Positions 1 through 8,458 of a stretch of 64,000 nt of DNA are shown piece after piece. Positions within the stretch are counted from its first letter, which is position 1. Each line of letters opens with the position of its first letter. Made by a program: the position numbers and the translations under genes. Source of the stretch: Myxococcales bacterium (GTDB lineage Bacteria; Myxococcota_A; UBA9042; JABWCM01; BTVJ01); the NCBI GenBank assembly GCA_045863395.1, contig BTVJ01000004.1, positions 64,001 to 128,000 of the forward strand. Direction: 5' to 3'. The notes beneath the pieces are model-generated. The model ran no database searches and had not been told where the DNA came from. It was given only the letters and a program-made list of their open reading frames with translations.

Positions 1-97
1 CGGCGCTCTTCACGCACTCGGGCTTGCTCGCGGCCGGCTCCGGGCTCCGCTTGCATCCGACCAACGCCACCAGGACCAACCACGCTGCTCTGTTCAC
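1..97 (-). CDS. N-terminus of a putative lipoprotein (runs off the window edge)
   Basis: Manual translation from GTG at 97 gives MNRAAWLVLVALVGCKRSPEPAASKPECVKSA. It has a lipobox (LVGC) and an upstream GGAGG RBS. Confidence 0.65.
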   Translation of the reverse strand, partial: MNRAAWLVLVALVGCKRSPEPAASKPECVKSA

Positions 98-205
98 GCT
101 CTACCCTCCGTCTGGACAGCGGGAGCCTACCGCCCACGGGGGTCCGCGGCAAGCTGGCGCGCACGTCGCGGTGTGGTAGCCTTGCGCCCCACGAGGAGGC
201 GCACC

Positions 206-700
206 ATGGGCCAACGACGGCTCCCGATGATCAAGGAGGTCTCCTGGGCGGCCGTCGGCCCCCAGCTCGTGCTGCTCGCCGTGCTGGTCGCCGCCGGCCA
301 CGCGGTGATCGGCCCCCGCTTCGGCGTCACGGCCGGGGCCCTCGTCTGGCTCGCCTGGCGCATGGGCGGTCACCAGGTCGTCGCGCGCCACCACCGGGCG
401 GGCATCCGCCTTCTTCGGGCGCGCCGCCCCGAGCAGGCCATCGGCGCCTTCGAGCGGAGCATCGCCTTCTTCGAGCGTCACCCCTGGGTCGACCGCCACC
501 GGGCCCTGGTGCTGCTGTCCCCGAGCCGCATGTGCTACCGGGAGATGGCCCTGGTCAATATCGCCTTCGCGTGGGGGCAGCTCGGCGACGGGGTCCGCAT
601 GAAGCAGACCTACGAGCGGGCCCTCGCGGAGTACCCCGACAACCCCATCGCTGCTGCGGCGCTTCAGCAGATCGCCGCCATCGCGGGACGCGCCAGTTGA
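206..700 (+). CDS. Small membrane protein with C-terminal TPR-like repeats
   Basis: ATG at 206 follows a GAGGAGG RBS. Two hydrophobic helices, then TPR-like helices (AIGAFERSIAF; YERALAEYPDNPIA). Confidence 0.7.
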   Translation: MGQRRLPMIKEVSWAAVGPQLVLLAVLVAAGHAVIGPRFGVTAGALVWLAWRMGGHQVVARHHRAGIRLLRARRPEQAIGAFERSIAFFERHPWVDRHRALVLLSPSRMCYREMALVNIAFAWGQLGDGVRMKQTYERALAEYPDNPIAAAALQQIAAIAGRAS

Positions 701-854
701 CTGGGGGCCTCGAGGGGCAGAGAGGCGCTGCCTCTTGCCGGCGGCCGGCAAGCAGGGTTAGGGTAGGCGGCGGGGGCGAGAGGGGTTCGTGCTCGAGCGG
801 TCTCGACGCCAGGTCCACGCAGGAGCCCCGCGCCCCACAGGCAGGAGGTGACGC

Positions 855-1850
855 ATGACTCCCACGGTGGCCGCATCGCCGGTCGCGGCTCCCTCCGCGG
901 GGAGCGACGGCACGGGCGACCCGCCGCAACATGACGGGCCGGGATCACCCGCCGCCTGCCCGGCTCCCAGCCCGCTCAGCGAGCAGCTCGACCAGATGCG
1001 CGCACAGATGGACACCCTGACCCGCGAGCTGCGCAAGGCCCGGCGCCTGGAGGCCATCGGCCGCCTCTCGTCGGGCATCGCCCACGAGATCAACTCGCCG
1101 CTCCAGTACATCACGTCGAACCTGCACTTCGCCCGCACGTCGGTGGAGGACCTCCTCGCCCTCGTCGACACCTACCGCGACGCTGCGCGGGTCGATGGCG
1201 AGGTGCCCGAGGCGCTGCGGCAAGCGGAGGCCGAGCGGGGCCTCGACTTCCTGCTGGAGCAGCTCGGCCCGGCGATCGACCAGACCTTCGACGGGCTGGA
1301 GCGCGTCTCGAAGATCGTGCGCACCATGCGGGAGTTCGGCGTGGAGCGCACCGGCGACCGCAAGGAGCCCGCCGACCTGAACCGGGCGCTGCGGAGCGCG
1401 CTCGTCGTAGCCCACAACGAGCTGAAGTACGTTGCCACGGTCCAGACGGACCTGCAGCCCATCCCGCACGTCACCTGCTTCGAGGGAGACCTGAACCTGG
1501 TCTTCCTGAACCTGCTGACGAACGCAGCCCACGGGGTGGCCGCCGCGGTGGAGGGGACCCATGCGCAGGGCACGATCACCGTCTGCTCTCGCGACGCGGG
1601 CGACGACGTCGTGGAGATCGCGGTATCCGACACGGGGTGCGGGATCCCCCCAGACGATCTCGAGCGCCTGCTCGGGGCTCCGCCTCATGAGACCGGAGCG
1701 AGCCCCTGGGGCGGCCTCGCTGTCGCCCGCGCGGTGATCGTCGACGAGCACGCGGGCACCCTGACCATCGACAGCGAGCAGGGACGAGGCACCACCGTCA
1801 CGATCCGCCTCCCCGTCGAGCCGCCGGGGGACATCGCTGAGACGTGCTGA
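855..1850 (+). CDS. Soluble histidine kinase (NtrB-like HisKA + HATPase), no sensor domain
   Basis: H-box GIAHEINSPLQY, N-box VFLNLLTNA, G1 box DTGCGI, terminal GRGTTVTIRLP. RBS AGGAGG. Confidence 0.9.
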   Translation: MTPTVAASPVAAPSAGSDGTGDPPQHDGPGSPAACPAPSPLSEQLDQMRAQMDTLTRELRKARRLEAIGRLSSGIAHEINSPLQYITSNLHFARTSVEDLLALVDTYRDAARVDGEVPEALRQAEAERGLDFLLEQLGPAIDQTFDGLERVSKIVRTMREFGVERTGDRKEPADLNRALRSALVVAHNELKYVATVQTDLQPIPHVTCFEGDLNLVFLNLLTNAAHGVAAAVEGTHAQGTITVCSRDAGDDVVEIAVSDTGCGIPPDDLERLLGAPPHETGASPWGGLAVARAVIVDEHAGTLTIDSEQGRGTTVTIRLPVEPPGDIAETC

Positions 1851-1901
1851 ACCCGCCACGAGCCCTGCGCCGGCAGGCCCGCAGCCCGAGATCCAGGAGG
1901 A

Positions 1902-3041
1902 ATGATGACGCTCCCCCGTGTCCTGTGTGTCGATGACGAACCGAACGTGGTCGCGGGCCTCAGCCTGCACCTGCGCCGGCACTACGAGGTGCTCACGGCC
2001 ACCAGCGGGGCGCAGGGGCTGGAGCTCCTCCGGGAGCAGGGCCCCATCGCCGTCGTGCTCTCCGACATGCGCATGCCGGGCATGGACGGGGCGACCTTCC
2101 TGGGGCTCGTGCGCGAGCGCTCCCCGGCCACGGTGCGCATTCTCTTGACGGGCCACGCGGATCTGAACTCCGCCGTCGCCGCCGTCAACCGCGGGCAGAT
2201 CTTCCGGTTCCTGACCAAGCCGTGCCCACCGGACGAGCTGCTGGGCGCTTTCCGGGCCGCCGCGGAGCAGCACCGCCTCATCGAGGCGGAGCGTGTGCTG
2301 CTGGAGCAGACCCTCATGGGCAGCATCAAGGCGATGGTCGACGTGCTCGCCCTGACCAACCCAGTGGCCTTCGGCCGTGCCAGCCGAATCAAGCGCCACG
2401 CGATGCAGGTCGCCCAGAAGCTCGACGTGCCCGACCCGTGGCAGATCGAGGTGGCCGCCATGCTGTCGCAGATCGGGTGCATCACGCTGCCCCCAGACAC
2501 CTCGGAGAGGCTGTTCCACGGCCACCCGCTGGACCCCGAGGAGCAGGAGATGGTCGCCCGCGTGCCCGCGACCACCCGCCAGCTCCTGGGGAACATCCCG
2601 CGCCTGGAGCCCGTGCTCGAGATCCTGAGCGGTGAGCGGATCGCGTGGCGGAAGGTGAACCCCCAGACCGGCCGCCCGGCGCCTGTCGGCTCCCGCATCC
2701 TGCGGGTCGCCGCCGACTACGACACGCTGACGGCCCGCGGCCACACGCCGGACGTGGTGTTCGGGACGCTGCGGGCCGTGCGCGACACCTACGACCCCGC
2801 CGTGCTGGAGGCCTTCGACGCCCTCCACGAGGAGGCCGGGATCGCGAGCCGGGTGCTCGAGATCCCCATCCGCGCGGTCCAGGTGGGCATGGTCATGATC
2901 GAGGACGTGCTGATGACCAGCGGGACCGTCTTCGCCGCCCGGGGCTACGAGGCGACCGAGAGCTTCGTCATGCGCGCCGGGAACCTCCCCGACGGAGCCG
3001 TGCGGGAGCCCGTGGGGGTCCTCGTCCCTGCGCCCGCCTGA
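1902..3041 (+). CDS. Response regulator (REC) with a degenerate HD/HD-GYP-like output domain
   Basis: REC motifs LCVDDE, SDMRMPGMDG, LTG and FLTKP. The output domain has AAMLSQIG where HD-GYP proteins have LHDIG, plus the GSRILRVAADYD helix. Confidence 0.88.
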   Translation: MMTLPRVLCVDDEPNVVAGLSLHLRRHYEVLTATSGAQGLELLREQGPIAVVLSDMRMPGMDGATFLGLVRERSPATVRILLTGHADLNSAVAAVNRGQIFRFLTKPCPPDELLGAFRAAAEQHRLIEAERVLLEQTLMGSIKAMVDVLALTNPVAFGRASRIKRHAMQVAQKLDVPDPWQIEVAAMLSQIGCITLPPDTSERLFHGHPLDPEEQEMVARVPATTRQLLGNIPRLEPVLEILSGERIAWRKVNPQTGRPAPVGSRILRVAADYDTLTARGHTPDVVFGTLRAVRDTYDPAVLEAFDALHEEAGIASRVLEIPIRAVQVGMVMIEDVLMTSGTVFAARGYEATESFVMRAGNLPDGAVREPVGVLVPAPA

Positions 3042-3193
3042 GCCGCTCCCCTCTTGGTCCCCCTGGCGCCGTCACCCACCTTCTCTCGCAACGCCCTCTC
3101 CCGAAGGCCGAGTCGCGCCGGCCGCGGCGGTTCGCGGCGATGTCCCTTGTAAGTCGGAGGCGGCAGTGATACCAGCCGCCGAGGAGGTGCGCC

Positions 3194-4825
3194 ATGAGGT
3201 GGTTGGTGGCTCTGTTCCTGGTAGGGTGCGCAGGTTCCGTGGAGAAGGGGGCGCCCGCGCTGCCTGCGCTTGGGGCCAAGCAGGACGGCCCGGCGGTCCC
3301 CGTGCTCGGCACGCTGGCCTGGGGAGAGGCGATGAGCGGGACCCTCACGCCGGGGGAGTTCCAGGGGTGGCTCCTCCCGGCGCTCGCTGGCGACCTCGTG
3401 ACGGTGGAGGTGACACAGAAGGGGTCGAGCGCCGGCCTGGACGCGACCCTGTTCGTCTATGCTCCGGACGGCGGGGGCTTCGCGTCGGACCCCGCCGCCA
3501 TGGACGACGACTCCGGGTGGGGTCGCCTGCCCCGCCTGACCCACACCTTCAGCGTCGGAGGCTCGTACCTCGTGGTGGTCGGCGCCTTCGACAAAGTGGG
3601 CAAAGGCGCCTACCGCCTGCTCGCCACCTGCACCGGCGTCTGCGAGGTGGCGAGCTGCGACCCCCGCCTTCTCGCCGGCATGAAGGCGTGTGTCCAGGAT
3701 TGGCGCTACGGCGCGGATCCGGACGCGCAGCGCCCACCGACCACCGGGGAGCTGGTGGAGGGCTGCACCGACGCCGAGCCAGTGGCCCCGGTGCGTGACG
3801 CCATCTGCGCCGAGGACGACTCGCCCTTCTGCGCTCTGGACTACGAGCAGTTCGTCTACCAGGCCATCCCGCCGTGCCGCGCGCCCCTCGAGACGTGGGT
3901 GGAGGAGACGGCCTGCGCCCTCGGCTATACGTGGCAGCCCATCGCCCAGGGGGCGGCCTGGGGCATCCTGGAGCTCGGCCGCACCACGGTGACGACGGCC
4001 GAGGGGCTCAGCGATGTCGAGGCGGAGCGCATCGTGGCGGCGCTCCACGCCTCCGCCCACACGGACGTCACGACCGCCGCGGAGGCCATTCTGCGCACCG
4101 ACGACAAGGCCCTGCTGCGCCTCTCGCTCTGGGACGTCACCAACGGCAGAGCCTATGACGCCTGGACCTTCCACGCAGGTGACAACCTCTTCGGGGCCGT
4201 CTTCGGCGATGGGAGTGGGGGTCCGGTGGCCCACATCAACGACGGAGACATCGTGGAGTGTCAGGTGACACCGGGGCCGGTGCTTCACCCCTGCGCGACG
4301 GACGGAGACTGCGGCGGCCTCACCTGCATCGGCGCCAGCCCGCAGACCTTCGACGGCCGCTGTGTCCCGCCGGGAGCGGCAGGCGCAGAGACGTGCTCGG
4401 CGGAGGCGCAGTGTGCGGCGGGCTTCGTGTGCAACGGTGGAGAGGCGGGCACCTGCGCCCCCGCCTGGACCCGCGCCACCTTCCGCGACGTGGCGTGGGC
4501 GCCCATCCCGGAGGGCGTCGGCGCCCCGCTGGAGCGAACAATCCAGGCGTCGGGCCTGCTCCCGGAGGCGACGGACGCCCGCCTGCGGATCACCGTGGCC
4601 CACCCGGCGCCATCACAGCTCCGCGTGCTGCTCTTGACGCCGGCGGGAGGCGAGCACGTGGTCTACGAGGGCACGCAGCAGGGCCCGGACCTGACGCTGG
4701 ACCTGGCGGTCCCCGTTGACGGCGGCACCCCGGCCAACGGGACGTGGACCCTCCGCGTCACCGACACGCTCAAGGGGAAGGCGGGGACGCTCACCGAGTG
4801 GTCGCTGGGGTTGGGGAGCCGCTGA
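3194..4825 (+). CDS. Lipoprotein with PPC-like domain, Cys-rich segments and C-terminal proprotein-convertase P domain
   Basis: Lipobox LVGC. PPC-like LDATLFVYAP..DDDSG. P-domain ITVAHP..SQLRVLL..P...ANGTWTLRVTD...GTLTEWSL. Confidence 0.8.
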   Translation: MRWLVALFLVGCAGSVEKGAPALPALGAKQDGPAVPVLGTLAWGEAMSGTLTPGEFQGWLLPALAGDLVTVEVTQKGSSAGLDATLFVYAPDGGGFASDPAAMDDDSGWGRLPRLTHTFSVGGSYLVVVGAFDKVGKGAYRLLATCTGVCEVASCDPRLLAGMKACVQDWRYGADPDAQRPPTTGELVEGCTDAEPVAPVRDAICAEDDSPFCALDYEQFVYQAIPPCRAPLETWVEETACALGYTWQPIAQGAAWGILELGRTTVTTAEGLSDVEAERIVAALHASAHTDVTTAAEAILRTDDKALLRLSLWDVTNGRAYDAWTFHAGDNLFGAVFGDGSGGPVAHINDGDIVECQVTPGPVLHPCATDGDCGGLTCIGASPQTFDGRCVPPGAAGAETCSAEAQCAAGFVCNGGEAGTCAPAWTRATFRDVAWAPIPEGVGAPLERTIQASGLLPEATDARLRITVAHPAPSQLRVLLLTPAGGEHVVYEGTQQGPDLTLDLAVPVDGGTPANGTWTLRVTDTLKGKAGTLTEWSLGLGSR

Positions 4826-5090
4826 GGCGCACCGCGGCCCTGTCGCGACGGGCGTCGTGAACGGTGTACACCGCACTGCGCCAGATCCCCTGAGACCCGC
4901 TCGGTCAGAACGCCTCCACTCGCCAGCACAGGTACGCGAGGAGCGCATCGCTCACGAAGCCGATCACTTCATGCCAGAGGAAAGTCTTGCTCGGATTGTG
5001 CTTGCGGTCTCGCACCCCCGTGAGCTACCCTCGTCCAGTCCGTGACCCGGAGAGGTCGACTCGGCATACTCTCGAGGGGAGTTTGTCGCG

Positions 5091-5339
5091 ATGGGAATTC
5101 GACGATGCAGCTTCTGCAAGAAGCCCCGCGGCGCAGAGCTCGCCAAGATCTGCACATCCTGCGCCCAGGGCCGCACAGCAGACTCCTGGTGTGACTTCTG
5201 TAACAAGACGACCAACGGCGCGCCGGCCTGGATATGCTCCACGTGTGCCAAGGGACGCACCGGCGACAACTGGTGCGACTTCTGCAACAAGACCACGAAT
5301 ACGGTCGTTGCTCGTATTTGCGCTCGCTGCGCCGCATGA
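5091..5339 (+). CDS. 82-aa Cys-rich zinc-finger protein with six CxxC motifs in three 28-aa repeats (PHF5/Rds3-like spacing)
   Basis: GAGGGGAG RBS. CxxC at residues 6, 21, 34, 49, 62 and 77. The internal repeat WCDFCNKTTN occurs twice. Confidence 0.75.
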   Translation: MGIRRCSFCKKPRGAELAKICTSCAQGRTADSWCDFCNKTTNGAPAWICSTCAKGRTGDNWCDFCNKTTNTVVARICARCAA

Positions 5340-5365
5340 CCGCGAGTCGAGAGAGGAGATGATCG

Positions 5366-8299
5366 ATGTTGTCTGTCGACCAGCTTCGGCGACTGGAGTC
5401 CACCCGGGCCCTCCTGCCCAATTCGCTCGCAACCAGCCTGACCGGCGCACTCCTCGAGCGGGATCCTCGCTCGAAACTACGTGAAATTCTGCGGTTCTGC
5501 GAGTCATTGGCACGCTACCTGTGCGACCTGCTCAACTCGGCGTACACGATGCGCAAGGACACGGACCCGTCCATCGAAAGGGAGCTGCGCGCCAAGTCGA
5601 AGAAGGAGAAGACAGCGGGTCTGTCCTTCGGGGACCTCGTTGCATCACTGGCGGTGTTCAGAGGACGAATGACGGAGGAGATGGCGCTTCCTCAGATCAA
5701 GGTGATCCTCTCGGAACAGCTTCCTGGCGAGTGTCTCACGGCCATCAGGACCATCGAGATCATCATGGAAGCGACGGGCGATTTCGAGGTCCCCCCACAC
5801 AAGGTAGCCGCCTATGTCAAGAGACGGCTGGCCGAACGTGGGGCCGTCGGAAAGAAGAACATCACGGACCTCCTGTGGATGCTCGCAAGAGTCCGCAATG
5901 CCTTTCACCACCCGTCGGACGCGGGGGCCCGCGCTGCGGACTCGAGAGTCGACGCTCGTCAGGAGGCCGAGGCGCCCTCACCGGCGACCGGGAAACAGTG
6001 GTGGTCGGAGGCCATTGAGTTCTACGTCGCGCTAGTGGAGACGCTGCACCCGGCACTCGTGGATCTGCTCCTCTGGTCGCCCCTCGTCGCGCTGGTAGAG
6101 CAGTACGAGCTCGTCGAGACCTTGTCGCCATCCGTGTCGGTGGACGACGGGTTTCTCTCGACCGTAAGACGTAACAGCCCAAGTGCCGAGCTGCTGCTCG
6201 TGCCAAGCCAGATCCGAACGGACTCGCCGTTGGAATCCGGACAGCTCTGCGTCGCTGCTCGGACGGCCGATCCATCTCGACTCGAGCTTTGTGTCCGCGG
6301 ACTTCGGTATCCTGCGAGCCGGCTGGCGCGCACGGAACACCTCGCCATGTATCGCAAGGCATTCGTACGAGCGATCCTGGGCGACGCGGTCGTCGATGCC
6401 GCCGATGAGTCAGCACTGGAGGAGATTCGGGCTCAGGGCGACCTCACAGACGGTGAGGTAGCGGAGTGTCGTTCATCGGTTCTCCAACGCTGGCTCGCAG
6501 CATGTCCGACCTCGGAGCCGATCCAGAGCCTGGGCACAGACATCACACCGAGACCGAGCGACGCTCTGGAGCATTGGCTCTCAAGGGATACACCGGCAAA
6601 GTCCGAGAGTCCGGCAGCCCCTGGTGACGTAGTTGCGCAGGCAGCATCTCTCATGGGCCACGTCTGTGGTCTGGTATTGCGGTCCCTTCAGGACAACGGC
6701 GCCATGGGGCTCGAGGCTCTCGTTCGGAGCACGTCTGTCGAGGCCCTCGCGTTGGCCCGTGCTCTGCAGTGGCTCGTGGACCGTAAGCGGGTGACGAGCG
6801 CAGGCAGCACGCAACAGGGAAATGCGGCACGCACATACCAGCTCTTGGACCAGGCACACATCGACACATTCCGGTCCGTCCTCGTCGAGGTTGGACACGA
6901 GATTGACTCAGGGAAGGTGATCAGCGGCCAGGTCTGGCGTCTCATCAAGTTGACGGACTCACTCCTGAGAGATCTCGGACACACCGAGGATTTCGCCGAG
7001 CGATGGCGAGAGCTGGAGGAGCGCGCACTGTCTCAAACGGATCTGGAGGTTTCTGACACTACCGATGTAGACGAAGAGGCTGATCGCCTGGACCTCATGA
7101 TCGAGGGTACCGACGTCAGCGCAAAGCGCTTGACACATCTGGTGCGGCGGGCTTGGGAGCTCGTGTGCAACGACGACAGGATGGTAAGACAGGTGACATC
7201 CCCAGGCAGCGCCATACCGTTCAAGGTCGGTCGCAGCCGCTATTTCGCTCACAGTGCACCAGAGCACTCCAACGGCACCGCGTTTGCTTTGCCCGTCGAG
7301 TGTCTCTGCGGCGACACGGCGGTCTACTTCGAGTGCAACTGGAGTCGTCGCGAAGGTGTCTTCCACCTCATCGGATTTCTGGGGAGGTGCGGATTCCGCG
7401 CCGAGTCCGCCTCCGTTGGAGAGCAGGTCGTGCAGGTTGAACAGGCCGCGCCGGAGCCAGGCGACGAGTCCACGCGGTCACGGCCCGGCGGTGTGCAGCA
7501 AGCCCTTGGCGACGGCGATGGTCGGGGAGTTGCGATTCTGCTGACGGACGGTGAGGAGCTCGATATTCGCGGCCGCAACGTTCCGCGCTTTCTGGGCTCG
7601 CTTCTGCGCTGGCTCGTGGACAATGATCTGATTCATGAGCAGGTGCATGGTGAGCCACTGCTTCCGTTTCAAAGCGGCAGAGTGCGAAACTTCGTCGCGC
7701 TTGCGCCGTTTCACCAGGACGAGACGCCATTCCAACGCCCGGTGGAGTACCAGGGACTCTACATGGAGGCGTCTCAATCATGGGAATCGGCGCTGGAGTA
7801 CTCGAAGCGCCTGCTCGACAGACTCAGGCTCGACTGTCGTGTCCTGGTGGATGATTCGCGACTGCCGCTCATGGTCCGTGTGCGCGATGGCGCGCCCATC
7901 GAAGGGGAGAACGTTCGCGATTTGTTCGTTGCGGCATGCCAGTATCTGGTCGAGTCCCAGAATGCATCCCGAGTACCCGTTCCACTTGCGAGCGGCACGA
8001 AGCGGTACATCATGTCCGAAACTCCGGTTCATCCAGCCGGCAACGCATTCAGCAGTCCGGTCCAGATTGATCTCAACGGGCGTCTCGTATACTGCGAAGC
8101 CAACGTAAGCAGAGCGAGCGCGCTGTCCTATGTCGTCAAGCTTTTGGAGTCCACTGGCACCATCATCGTCGATGCCCAGGGCCACAATGCGCTACAGGAA
8201 GCACTGGGCGCTGCGTCCTCGGGCGAGGGGCCCGACGTCCATAGCAGTGCATTGGACAGTCTGGGAGACGCAATCAGCGAGGCTGGAGCGACTCTCTGA
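5366..8299 (+). CDS. 977-aa multidomain protein: HEPN-like N-terminus, TerB-like segment, wHTH, three tandem SeqA-C-like repeats; putative defence protein
   Basis: RBS GAGAGGAG. RNAFHH motif at 5894-5911. Three C-terminal repeats of pattern P(F/L)xxGxxRx(F/I)xxxxPxHxxxxxFxxPV...YxExxxSxxx(A/G). Codon usage is visibly less GC3-rich than the flanking genes. Confidence 0.8.
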   Translation: MLSVDQLRRLESTRALLPNSLATSLTGALLERDPRSKLREILRFCESLARYLCDLLNSAYTMRKDTDPSIERELRAKSKKEKTAGLSFGDLVASLAVFRGRMTEEMALPQIKVILSEQLPGECLTAIRTIEIIMEATGDFEVPPHKVAAYVKRRLAERGAVGKKNITDLLWMLARVRNAFHHPSDAGARAADSRVDARQEAEAPSPATGKQWWSEAIEFYVALVETLHPALVDLLLWSPLVALVEQYELVETLSPSVSVDDGFLSTVRRNSPSAELLLVPSQIRTDSPLESGQLCVAARTADPSRLELCVRGLRYPASRLARTEHLAMYRKAFVRAILGDAVVDAADESALEEIRAQGDLTDGEVAECRSSVLQRWLAACPTSEPIQSLGTDITPRPSDALEHWLSRDTPAKSESPAAPGDVVAQAASLMGHVCGLVLRSLQDNGAMGLEALVRSTSVEALALARALQWLVDRKRVTSAGSTQQGNAARTYQLLDQAHIDTFRSVLVEVGHEIDSGKVISGQVWRLIKLTDSLLRDLGHTEDFAERWRELEERALSQTDLEVSDTTDVDEEADRLDLMIEGTDVSAKRLTHLVRRAWELVCNDDRMVRQVTSPGSAIPFKVGRSRYFAHSAPEHSNGTAFALPVECLCGDTAVYFECNWSRREGVFHLIGFLGRCGFRAESASVGEQVVQVEQAAPEPGDESTRSRPGGVQQALGDGDGRGVAILLTDGEELDIRGRNVPRFLGSLLRWLVDNDLIHEQVHGEPLLPFQSGRVRNFVALAPFHQDETPFQRPVEYQGLYMEASQSWESALEYSKRLLDRLRLDCRVLVDDSRLPLMVRVRDGAPIEGENVRDLFVAACQYLVESQNASRVPVPLASGTKRYIMSETPVHPAGNAFSSPVQIDLNGRLVYCEANVSRASALSYVVKLLESTGTIIVDAQGHNALQEALGAASSGEGPDVHSSALDSLGDAISEAGATL

Positions 8300-8458
8300 G
8301 GCGAGCGGGCTCGGACCCGTGCGAGGGTCTCTGTGTTGTGACGTCTCGTCAGGCGAGGAGCGCGCAATCGGTGGCGTAGACGCGCTGTGGCGTTGGGTGC
8401 CCCCTGACCCGCCGCGGTCCTCGTGGGCCGGGATCACGACGCCTTGGCATGCCACGGA

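Noticed and set aside
4936..8363. 11-bp direct repeat GCGAGGAGCGC (4936 and 8353) flanking the atypical island as att sites or target duplication
   Set aside because: Short and GC-rich, so plausible by chance. No integrase, transposase or tRNA is adjacent.
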